A stretch of DNA of 64,000 nt from Squalus acanthias (Eukaryota). This document shows, in pieces, positions 12,007-22,117 of this stretch. Every line of letters starts with the position of its first letter. Positions within the stretch are counted from its first letter, which is position 1. Where the stretch lies: the NCBI GenBank assembly GCA_030390025.1, contig CM059431.1:128590001-128654000 (forward strand). The letters run 5' to 3'. The translations under genes were made by a program, and so were the position numbers. Below the pieces are notes generated by a model that was not told where the DNA came from, made no database searches, and saw only the letters and a list, made by a program, of their open reading frames with translations.

Positions 12007-12540
12007 TTATGCGAATCTGCCTTGGCAGAGTGCATCCCCTGCTTGATGGACAGCAGTGAATTGGAGGGATGATGCATTGATGACAACAGGGCCCGCAAGG
12101 CGTGCCTCCTCCTCTTCATCCTCCTCCTCTTCATCCTCCTCCTCATCCTCCTCCTCCTCCTCTTCATCCTCCTCCTCATCCTCCTCCTCCTCCTCCTCCT
12201 CCTCCTCCTCATCCTCCTCCTCATCCTCCTCCTCCTCCTCCTCCTCATCCTCCTCCTGCTCCTCCTTTTCTTCCTCATCCTCCTCATCATCCTCATCCTC
12301 CTGCTCCTCCTCCTCCTCCTCCTCCTCTTCATCCTCCTCATCCTCCTCCTGCTCCTCCTTTTCTTCCTCATCCTCCTCCTCCTCATCATCATCATCCTCC
12401 TCCTCCTCCTCCTCCTCATCCTCTTCTTCCTCCTCCTCCTCCTCCTCCTCTTCTTCCTCATCCTCCTCCTCCTCCTCCGAGGAAGCTCTGCGCTCCTCCG
12501 ATTATGACGACCAGGATGAGAGGAAATAAATGGAGCCCAT
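12007..12540 (-). pseudogene. Harbinger transposase remnant: N-terminal codons joined in frame to the acidic C-terminus, catalytic core absent
   Basis: Reads MGSIYFLSSWSS*SEERRASS-(mostly E/D x124)-ARLAGP..AVHQAGDALCQGRFA*. Compare the N-terminus MGATYAVSTWTSE (41645) and the C-terminus [18 protein letters not shown] (40421) of the related element. Confidence 0.7.
12106..12477. repeat. Imperfect (CTC)n / (GAG)n trinucleotide microsatellite, 372 bp
   Basis: Visible CTC array with ATC, TTC and CTG interruptions, all in triplet register. Confidence 0.97.
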
Positions 12541-13081
12541 ACCGCTGGTAGATATCTCAGTCAAGGAATGGAGGTTGTCGGCGCTCAGACAAAGTGGCCA
12601 GCGGGTGTTCCAAGGAGCTGACACAGCAGATGGATGTCAGACTCTAACCTCACAAGATTGGTTGAGCACCAAAATGCCTCCCAAATCTCAAACCACTATG
12701 TTGTGGCATGTGAAAGAATGAGACATTGCAGGACCGCTTTAAAGCTGCTTGAGCAGCTGTCAACTATTGAGGTCCGAGGTGAACACGCCTCCATTCACCA
12801 GATGTGTTTTGATGAAGGCGGGCAGCATCTTGAAAAAGCACAAAAATATGATTAGCCCTTTAAAATAGGATTAAGCAGGCAGTTAACGATCTGTTAACTG
12901 CCTTAACAACCTGTCCCTCCATTTGATGTTGGGTCAGTTCGGGAGCGGCTGACCCAACAATTCCGAAAGTTGCGTGGAGGCGGGATGGAGGCGGGTTTGC
13001 AGCCCGCCCCCAATTTCTCCGATTTTCGTGACAGACCTGCCTCCAAACCCGCCACCTCAGAGATTAAAATTTGCGGCCATA

Positions 13082-14180
13082 GGGTGCCGTTTGGGTTCCA
13101 AAATGGCGTCCGCACTTCTGGTGCAGGCTGTGCCCGATGTCATCTTGGGTAGGGCGTAGGGAGCAGGTGCAGGGAGTGGCGCCGGAAGTATGCATAGTAG
13201 GCAGTTCGTGACTTTAATCAGCATGCAACTCTGATTTGATGGCAGCGCTGCCATTTTGGAGCTCAACAGTCCAGCTAATGCACTCTCTTAAACTCGCACA
13301 GCTGAACACGTGTTCAACAGCAGGAAGGTCCCCCCCACCAGCGCTAATAAAGGGTTCATCAACTACTTGGAGTTTAGTTGCTGATTGATTTCTACTGGCT
13401 GTTGCTGAGTTTGTAGAAGTGTTTGGTGGTTTGTATAGTTATTTCAAGTTGCTAAAGTCTGCAGGGAGTGGTGTGGCAGGTGCTGAAAGACTTTGTCCTG
13501 ACTTCAAAGATTCTGCACAGACCACTTGCTCCAATGGGTGCAGTAGCAGACATTGCACTTGGCCTACAGCATGACAGGGAGAATGAGCAGAAGTGACACA
13601 GAGCAGGTCAAGCTACGGGAAAGGGAAGAGGAGGAGGGGGCAAAGGGCTCTCAGCAGGAGGCCATATCCACCCAGGTTGTTCAGGGAGCAATACGCTTTC
13701 CTGAACCTCAGCGAGGAACAGTATGTCAGATGTCTGCATTTCACCAAGGATGTCCTCACTGAAATCTGCCACCTGCTGCAGCCACAATCTCAACCTCAGA
13801 GCAGGACGAGGATCGCTTTGCCAGCGCCTGTGAAGGTCACGGTGGCCATGAACTTTTATGCACCAGGCTCCTTCCAGGCTGGAGATATTGCAACATCTCC
13901 CAATTTTCCGTGCACTGTTGCATAAGGGAGGTAACTGAGGCTCTGTATTCCAAGAGAACTGAACACATTTCCTTCTCTCTGGCCAACGAGCAGCAGGCGG
14001 AGCGAGCACGTGGCTTTGCGAGGATTGCAGGCTTCCCCTTGGTGCAGGGTGCCATTGACTGTATGCATGACACTTTGCGGGCGCCACATGCATCAGAAAT
14101 GCATCAGAAGCAACGGGTGCAGCTTAATCGTGCATCGCGATCCCCGCGCCCGTTTTCAGGGGCTATCGAATTTAGCCCCC
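13082..14180 (+). mobile_element. Harbinger fragment with the 5' half of a HARBI1-type transposase (ATG 13534 to ~14090, frameshifted)
   Basis: RRPYPPRLFR..VKVTVAMNFYAPGSFQ and GFARIAGFPLVQGAIDCMH (first catalytic D motif). Right TIR GAATTTAGCCCCC. Confidence 0.85.
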
Positions 14181-14368
14181 ATAGAATCTTACAACACAGA
14201 AGGAGGCCATTCGGCCCATTGTGCATGTGCCAGCTCTTTGAAAGAGCTCTCCAATTAGTCCCACACCCCAACTTTTTACCTGTAACCCTGTAAATTAGTT
14301 CTCTTCAAGTACATGTCCAATTGCCTTTTGAAAGTTCCTGTGGAATCTGATTCCACCACCCTTACTAG

Positions 14369-14450
14369 TAGCATAGTGGTTATATTACTGGACTAGTAAT
14401 CCAGAAGTCTGGCCTAATGAGCCGGAGGTATAAGTTCAAATCTCCACCAT
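14369..14450 (+). promoter_or_regulatory. tRNA-derived Pol III internal promoter (SINE-like head)
   Basis: A-box-like TAGCATAGTGG; perfect anticodon arm CTGGA-CTAGTAA-TCCAG (14388-14404, AGT anticodon); B-box GTTCAAATC (14434-14442). Confidence 0.7.
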
Positions 14451-16687
14451 GGCAGTTGGGGAATTTAAATTCAGTTAATTAAATAAATCTGGAATAAAAA
14501 GCTAACATCAGTAATGGTGACCATGAAACTACTGGATTACCGTAAAAAAACAATCTGGTTCACTAATGTCCTTCAGGGAAGGAAATCTGTCATCCTTATC
14601 TGGTCTGGCCTATATGTGACGCCAGACCCACAGCAATGTGGTTGACTCTTAACTGCCCTCTGAAATGGCCTAGCAAGCAATTCAGTTGTAACAAACCGCT
14701 ACAGAAAACAATAATAAGAATAAAACCAGACAGACCACCTGGCACCGACATCGGACAAGACAACGGCACACCCAGCTAAGACCTCATCTCTAACATCTGG
14801 GGACTTGTGTCAAAATTGGGAGAGCTGTCACACAGACTAGTCAAGAAACAGCCTGACATAGTCATAATCACAGAATCATACCTTTCAGCCAATGTCACAG
14901 AGTCCTCCATCACCATCCCTGGGTATGTCCTGTCCCACCGGCAGGACAGACCCACCAGAAGTGGCGGCACAATGGTATACAGTTGGGAAGGAGTGGCCCT
15001 GGGAGTCCTCAAAATTGACTCCGGACCCCAGAAGTCTCATGGCTTCAGGTCAAGCATAGGCAAGGAAACCTCCTGCTGATTATCACCTACCGCCCTCCCT
15101 CAGCTGATGAATCAGTACTCCTCCATGTTGAACACCACTTGAAAGAAGCACTGAGAGTAGCAAGGGCACAGAATGTACTCTGGGTGGGGACTTCAATGTC
15201 CATCACTAAGAGTTGCTCGGTAGTACCACTACTGACCGAGCTAGCCGAGTCCTGAAGGACACAGTTGCCAGACTGGGCCTGTGGCAGCTGGTGAATGAAC
15301 CAACATGAGGGAAAAATCTACTTGACTTCATCCTCACCAAGCTACCTGTCGCAGATGCATCTGTCCAAGACAGTATTGGTAGGAGTGACCACCGCACAGT
15401 CCTCGTGGAAACGAAGACCCTTCTTCACACTGAGGACACCCACCATCGTGTTGTGTGGCACTACCACCGTGCTAAATGCGATAGATTCAGAACAGATCTA
15501 GCAGCTCAAAACTGGACATCCATGAGGCGCTGTGGGCCATTAGCAGCAGCAGAATTGTATTTCACCACAATCTGTAACCTCATGGCCCGGCATATCCATC
15601 ACTTTACCATCGAACAAGGGGAACAACCCTGGTTCAATAAGGAGTGCAGAAGAGCAGCACCAGGCGTACCTAAAACTGAGGTGCCAACCTGGGGAGCTGC
15701 AACACAGGACGACATGCATGCCTGCAGCAGAAGCACCATGCTATAAACAGAGCTAAGCGATCCCACAATCAACGGACCAGATCAAAGACCTGCAGTCCTG
15801 CCACATCCAGTCGTGAATGGTGATGGACAATTAAACAACTAATGGGAGGAGGAGGATCCATGAATATCCCCATCCTCAATGATAGCGGAGCCCAGCAGGC
15901 GAGTGCAAAAGACAAGGCTGAAGCATTTACAACTATCTTCAGCCAGAGTGCCGAGTGGATGATCCATATCGGCCTCTTCCTGAGGTCCCCACCATCACAG
16001 ACGCCAGTCTTCAGCCAATTTGATTCACTCCACGTAATATCAAGAAATGGCTGAGCGCACTGGATACAGCAAAGGCTATGGACCCCGACAACATCCCGGC
16101 TGTCGTGCTGAAGACTTGCGCTCCCGAACTAGCTGCGCTTCTAGCCAAGCTGTTCCAGTACAGCTACAACACTGACATCTACCCGACAATGTGGAAAACT
16201 GCCCAGGTATGTCCTGTCAACAAAAAGCAGGACAAATCCAATCCGGCCAATTACCGCCCCATCAGTCTACTCTCAATCATCAACAAAGTGATGGAAGGTG
16301 TCATCGACAGTGCTATCAAGCGACACTTACTCACCAATAACCTGCTCACTGATGCCCAGTTTGGGTTGCGCCAGGACCACTCGCCTCCAGGTCTCATTAC
16401 AGCCTTGGTCCAAGCTGGACTAAAGAGCTGAATTCCAGAGGTCAGGTGAGAGTGACTGCCCTTGACATCAAGGCAGCATTTGACCGAGTGTGGCTTCAAG
16501 GAGACCTGGTAAATTGAAGTCAATGGGAATAAGGGGGAAAACTCTCAACTGGCTGGAGTCTAAACCTAGCACAAAGGAAGACGGTTGCGGTTGCTGGAGA
16601 TCAGTCATCTCAGCCCCAGAACATTGCTGCAGGAGTACCACAGGGCAGTGTCCAAGGCCCAACCATCTTCAGCAGCTTCATCAATGA

Positions 16688-16746
16688 GCCGGCACAGGCT
16701 TGACGAGCCAAATGGCCTCCTGTGCTGTAACCATTCTATGATTCTA
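16688..16746 (+). mobile_element. ~60-bp CR1 3' tail inserted in the RT region
   Basis: GCCAAATGGCCTCCTGTGCTGTAACCATTCTATGATTCT interrupts ..ATCAATGA|CCTT..; similar to the tail at ~4245-4295. Confidence 0.7.
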
Positions 16747-18454
16747 CCTTTCCTCCATCATAAGTTCAGAAGTGGGGATGTTCGCAGAAAATTGCACAGT
16801 GTTCAGTTCCATTCGCAACTCCCCAGATAATGAAGCAGTCCATACCCGCATGCAGCAAGACCTGGACAACATTCAGGCTTGGGCTGATGAGTGGCAAGTA
16901 ACATTCGTGCCACACCAGTGCCAGGCAATGATTATCTCCAACAAGAGAGCGTCTAACCACCGCCCCGTGACATTCAACAGCATTATCACCACCGAATCCC
17001 CCACCAACAACATCCTGGGGATCATCATTGACCAGAAACTTAACTGAACCAGCCACATAAATAATGTGACTACAAGAGCAGGTCAGAGGCTGGGTATTCT
17101 GCAGCGAGTGTCTCACCTCCTGACTCCCCAAAGTATTTCCACCATCTACAAGGCACAAGTAAGGAGTGTGATGGAATACTCTCCACTTGCCTGGATGAGT
17201 GCAGCTGCAACAACACTCAAGAAGCTTGACACCATCTAGGACAAAGCAGCCCGCTTGATCGGCACCCCATCCACCACCTTAAACATTTACTCTTATACAA
17301 ACTCCTATGCAAATTTCCTCCACCACTCCCGCACCATGGCTGCAGTGTGTACCATCTACAAGATGCAATGCAGCAATTCACCAAGGCTTCTTTGACAGCA
17401 CCTCGAAACCCGTGACCTCTACCATCCAGAAGGCCATGGACAGCAAGCGCATGGGAACACCATCACCTGCAAGTTCCCCTCCAAGTTACATACCATCATT
17501 CCTTCATCGTCGCTGGGTGAAAATCCTGGAACTCCCTCCCTAACAGCACTGTGGGGCTACCTTCACCACAAGGACTGCAGCGTTTCAAGCAGGCAGTTCA
17601 CCACCTTTTCAAGGGCAATTGGGGATGGGCAATAAATACCAGACTTGCCAGTGACGCCCACATCCCAGGAATGAAAAAAAAATGCATTCCAGTTCTTAAC
17701 AACCCTCTTTGTGAAGAAATTTCACCTCATTTCCCCTCTAGATGTTTTGCCAATTATTTAAAATCTATGACCTTTGGTTACTGACCCACTTGCCAGAGGA
17801 AACATTCTCTCCCTATTTACTCTATCAAAACCCCTCATAATTTTAAATACCTCTATTAGATCTCTTAACCTTCTCTGCTCTAAGGAGAACAATCCCAGCT
17901 TCTCCAATCTCATCCACATAACTGAAGTACTTCATCCTTAGTATTATCCTGGTAAACCTCCTCTGTACCCTTCCATACCATCTCTCTCCTTGGCTACTGA
18001 CACATTGGTCTGTGCACCCACAACTCATCGGAAGGGAAGAGGACACTCTTCCTGCTGCTCTCTTGCTTTCTGAACATCTGCATTGCTGCATCAGAGAATC
18101 TGGAGGCCCTGGATGAAGTCATACTACCTGCTGCTTCAGAAAATCACTTTCCACTGACCTCCATTGAAAAGTGCACCTTCCCCTTAGTGGGGTTGCAGGC
18201 TGCCTTCAAGCAGCTGCCCTGCCATATTTCCCACCTTCCCAATGGGTAATCTGTCTACAGGGAGTGCGATTGGTGCTGACAGCTCATCAATTATGTTAAT
18301 GAGGCCTGACCACAAGAACACTCAGGCCTTCCGCTGATTGCATCAGGCAGGCAAAGCAGACCCCACCCACTGTCCGCCCGATATACACTCCACACAAAAA
18401 TCAATCCCTATATCGTATAATTAACGTTTATATACATTCTTTTTAAATTCTTAC

Positions 18455-18548
18455 CAACTGTGGGAGTAGCTGGCTAGCTAACACTTTGAAAGATTCAGAC
18501 AGAATCGCTTCAAAGATTGCTGAAAGGCTTTTGCCTGTATGATTGATT
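18455..18548 (-). CDS. Candidate internal host exon (94 bp), product unknown
   Basis: Acceptor CTTGCTCCTTTTCAAATCTTAG and donor TTG|GTAAGA. Only one open frame: INHTGKSLSAIFEAILSESFKVLASQLLPQL. Lies in non-repeat sequence; protein not recognised. Confidence 0.3.
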
Positions 18549-18829
18549 CTAAGATTTGAAAAGGAGCAAGCTGATAAAAACAGTAACCAAAGCCAGCCAA
18601 AATTTACATAACTGTCCATTTAATTCAAAAAGCTGCCAATCAGCCACATATCTGAAGAAATCACACATAATGTTTGTGTTTGAATATGTTGCTCTTCCCT
18701 CAAGCAAACTGCTCAGCAACAACTGACACGTCCTCACAGCATTGTACTGAGTTAGGCCGGCATGCGATTTCTGTGAGTGAAGCAGGTTTTTAACTCCTTA
18801 TATATTCACAACTAAATTATATGAGCCAG

Positions 18830-19960
18830 TACCAAGCTAAAAACTAGACAAAATGCTGGATTGGAAAAAGAGGGTGCTAGAATGGACAAAGGAAAGTTCA
18901 GCAAGATAAAATGGATCTCGCCCAAATTAACTGGGCAAAATAGTTAGCAAACAGGTTGATGGATCAGTGGGAAATCTTGAAGTATAAAATGGATAGAGTA
19001 AGAAATAAATATGTTCCTACAAGGTGAAAAGGGGGTGCATCAAAGAGTAAAGTTATATGGATAAATAAATAGACTGAAACTTAGAAGGAAATCATAAAAG
19101 GGAAGCATATGATAAAATTAGAGCAACCAACAACTTGTATTTATATATTGCTTTTAATGTAGTAAAGTGTCCCACGGTGCTTCACAGGAGCGTTATAAAA
19201 CAAAATTTGACACTAAGCCACATAAGGAGATGTTAGGGCATATGCTTGGTCAAAGAGGTAGGCTTTAAGGAGCATCTTAAAGGAGGAAAGAGAGGTAGCG
19301 AGGCCGAGAGGTTTATGGAGGGCATTCCGGAGCTTAGGGCTTTGGCAGCTGAAGGCACGGCCACCAATGGTGGAGCAATTAACATCAGGGATGAAGACTA
19401 AAGATAATCGTGAAGAGTTTAGAAAGTGTAATCGGGAGGTGAAAAGTGAGATCAGAAAGGCTAAATGAAAGATGAGAAAAGGCTATCAGATAATATAAAA
19501 GGAAATAGTAAGGGCTTTATAACACATGGAAAGTAAAAAAATAGCTGAATAAAGGATAGAACTATTCAAGGATGAAGCAGGGAGTTTAACTGTAGAGGTT
19601 GAAAGTATGGTGGAGATATTAGATAAATATTTTGTATTTTTTTAATAATGATGTGGAACTGAGAATCTAGAGGAGGAAATGGGACAATTGTTAGAGATAG
19701 CTGTAGAAAAGGAATGGATTCTGAAACAAAATAGCAGAACTCAAAGTAGATATGTCACTGGGCACTAATGTCATGCATACTAGGTTACTGAAAGATGTCA
19801 GAGAGGAGACAGCAAAGATCCTGGCCACAATTTTTCAATCCCCTTTAAATGTGAAAAATGTGGTGTTGGATTCGAGAAACTAGCCAATGTGACACCTTTG
19901 ATCAGGAAGAAAGAGAAAGATAAACCGCTAACTATAGGTTAGTTGGACTAATATCATAGG
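18830..19960 (+). mobile_element. Old, heavily decayed CR1 ORF2 segment
   Basis: Degenerate matches to CR1 linker and RT motifs (AAATATTTTG; GCCAATGTGACACCTTTG, ANVTPL). Confidence 0.6.
19126..19395 (-). mobile_element. 3' end of a probable L2-type LINE
   Basis: AACAACTTGTATTTATATATTGCTTTTAATGTAGTAAAGTGTCCCACGGTGCTTCACAG; a related copy is at 33541-33670. The L2 assignment comes from recalled similarity, not a search. Confidence 0.55.
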
Positions 19961-20195
19961 AGATCAATTAATGTTTAATAAAGCCTTGAATTATGTAGCA
20001 TTTCTGTCATGTATTCAATGGACACAAAGCTTATTAGCATTAACATCATTTTTACATAAAATGAGATTGGGTACAATATTAATCAGCTTTCAGCACGATA
20101 ACAGCGCTCAGAGGTTAAAACAGGATATCCAGTTGCACATTTTCAAATTTATAATGGAACGGGAACGAAGAACTGCTATAAAGAAGCGAAATAAA

Positions 20196-21830
20196 AGCTC
20201 TGATTTTAAATCAGCTTGTGTTAGGGGTGAGTGGATTGCGGGGTGGGTAAGAGTCAATTTAAACCCACCCAACCCGATGGGAACAGAGCGGAGGGCCGGT
20301 AAAATCGATCGATTCAAATTACTGCCCCATTCTCGCTGTAATCATGCTGGCCTGCCATTTTAACTAAGGATTTAGGTGGCTGTAACCTCATCAGAAGCAG
20401 GCAGGTGCCTCATGAATGAATACAAATCAGGGTCCTGTGATGTAGTTAGGACCTGACACGATTTTACCTCAGCGGTGAAGAAGCTCCACCCAGCAGCCAA
20501 GCCAATGGGTAACATTTTGCAGGATTGGCTTCAGGCACCGACTCACTCACTGACTGGAAGCACTCTATAGAGGGGCACTCAAATCATGGGGATCTGTGTG
20601 CTATTGTGCTTAGTAGATTTCCACAGGATTTTTCAGCTTGCAGTATGTCTGTTTCTGAGGGCGAGTGGGTTTGCTTTACTTACTCTGATTAAGCTTTCAC
20701 AGCTTACCATGAGAGCCATTTTTGCTGCACTACTTTGGATGGAGGAACAGCTGCAAGAAGAGGAGCGAGAGTAACAACAACAGCAGCAGTAGCAGTCTCA
20801 ACAGCCAAGATGAGCAGCAGGGTCCGTTAGAAGACAGCAGGGGAAAGGGCTGCTCGTATAAGGCCTTACCGAGCCCATAGTGTTTATAGGCTAAGAGTCA
20901 CTTTCCTGGATATGACTGAAGAGCACAGCACCAGGAGGCTGCACTTCACGAGGCATGGGTTCACTGATATCTGCTTTTCCAGTGGCTGTCAAAGTCACCA
21001 CCACTCTTAGCTTTTTTGCAGCAGGCTTCTTCCAAGCTGTTACAGGGACCTTATCCAGATTTCCTAATCTGCACTGCGCAGCTGTATCAAGCAGGTCATC
21101 AATGCCCTATTTGACAGGGCAAACCAGTAAATCACCTTACCCATTGACAACATTGGCAACATTGAAAATGAGAGAGCTCTGAGATAGGCAGCGTCATTGG
21201 CTTCCCTCATGTACAGGAGGTAATAGATTGCACTCAGGTAGCCATCAAGGCACCAGAAGGCGAGCCAGTTGCTTTCATCCATAGGAAGGGCTTTCACCCA
21301 ATTAATATCGAGATGGTGTGAGATCACTGCAGAAGGATTATGCCTGTTTTGCAGACAGCTGTCATGACAACTTCATCCTGCAACAGTCATCCATCATCTC
21401 ACTATTCCATTCTTTCAGGATAAGAGGCTGACTGCTAGAGCACAAGGGATACCCCATGGCTGATGAGACCCCCTCTGTGACTCCACCACACTTGAACAGC
21501 TCAGGTACAATCACAGCCATGGGAGCACTAACAGTCAACCAGCGTTGATCACATTGTCGGGCTATTGAAGGAAAGGTTCAGGTATCTGGATAGGCCTGAG
21601 AGCTCCCGACAATATGCCCCACACAAAGTCTGTCACATCACTGTAGTGTGCTGCATGTTGGACAACATGGCAATGCAGAGAGGAATGTAGTTTGAGGAGG
21701 CAGAGCAACAGGAAGAGTCAACATCAGACGAACAAAAATTGGATGAAGGAGAAGGAGAAGCAGAAGGATGAGCACAACACCTTGCAGCCAGAAATGCCAG
21801 GGATTAGTTGATAGAACAGTTGTTTCCAGT
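20196..21830 (+). mobile_element. Decayed Harbinger with near full-length transposase remnants
   Basis: CAG-rich N-terminus (~20775-20820), [25 protein letters not shown] (~21218-21235), KGYP (~21444), LLKERFRYLD (~21563) and an acidic C-terminus; many stops and frameshifts. Confidence 0.75.
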
Positions 21831-22117
21831 AATCTCCCCTCCCCAGAAAAGTTACACAAAGCCCCTCTACATTAACCATCCTTGTTCCCCCCTCAACTTC
21901 CTGCACTTGATTAGAATTTGAAAGTAGAACACGGCATAACAAATACGAAAGCAAATGCTTTCTTTGGCATAGCATTTAAAATGTTGAACTTTAAAAAATG
22001 TCTACAGGTGGGATCTATTTTCTTAAATGGCAAATCTTGTTAATGACTTGTGTGGAAGAACAGTGAAACCATTCAGGCAACTGTTATATCAACTGTTATA
22101 TCAATGACCTACTAATA

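Larger units (their letters stand above)
5019..13078 (+). mobile_element. PIF/Harbinger element (Myb gene on +, deleted transposase on -) carrying a nested CR1 and an LTR-like insert
   Basis: TIRs AGCCGCGATTTT.. / GGCCGCAAATTTT.. (rc) with extended subterminal similarity. TSD ATA at 5016-5018 and 13079-13081. Confidence 0.9.
14369..17682 (+). mobile_element. CR1-group non-LTR retrotransposon with a single decayed APE-RT ORF, no ORF1 and a tRNA-like 5' head
   Basis: EN: NIWGL..PDIVIITESYL and SDH. RT: NYRPISLLSI, LDIKAAFDRV, GVPQGS, YKAQVRSVMEYS. 3' end AATAAA..GAATG(A)9. Confidence 0.9.
14181..17972 (-). mobile_element. CR1 LINE 3' fragment (14181-~14368 and 17683-~17972) split by the tRNA-headed LINE
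   Basis: Tail ATAGAATC..GGAGGCCATTCGGCCCA at 14181. CCACCACCCTT..|TGCATTCCAG joins across the insert. VQRRFTRII motif near 17970. Confidence 0.75.

Noticed and set aside
11988..12551. Poly-Ser, poly-Pro and poly-Arg ORFs
   Set aside because: They are alternative frames of the trinucleotide microsatellite; only the Glu/Asp frame aligns with transposase termini.
14369..14450. Functional tRNA-Thr(AGT) gene
   Set aside because: The anticodon arm and boxes are present, but the acceptor stem is missing and the spacer before the B box is too long. It is a retroposon head.
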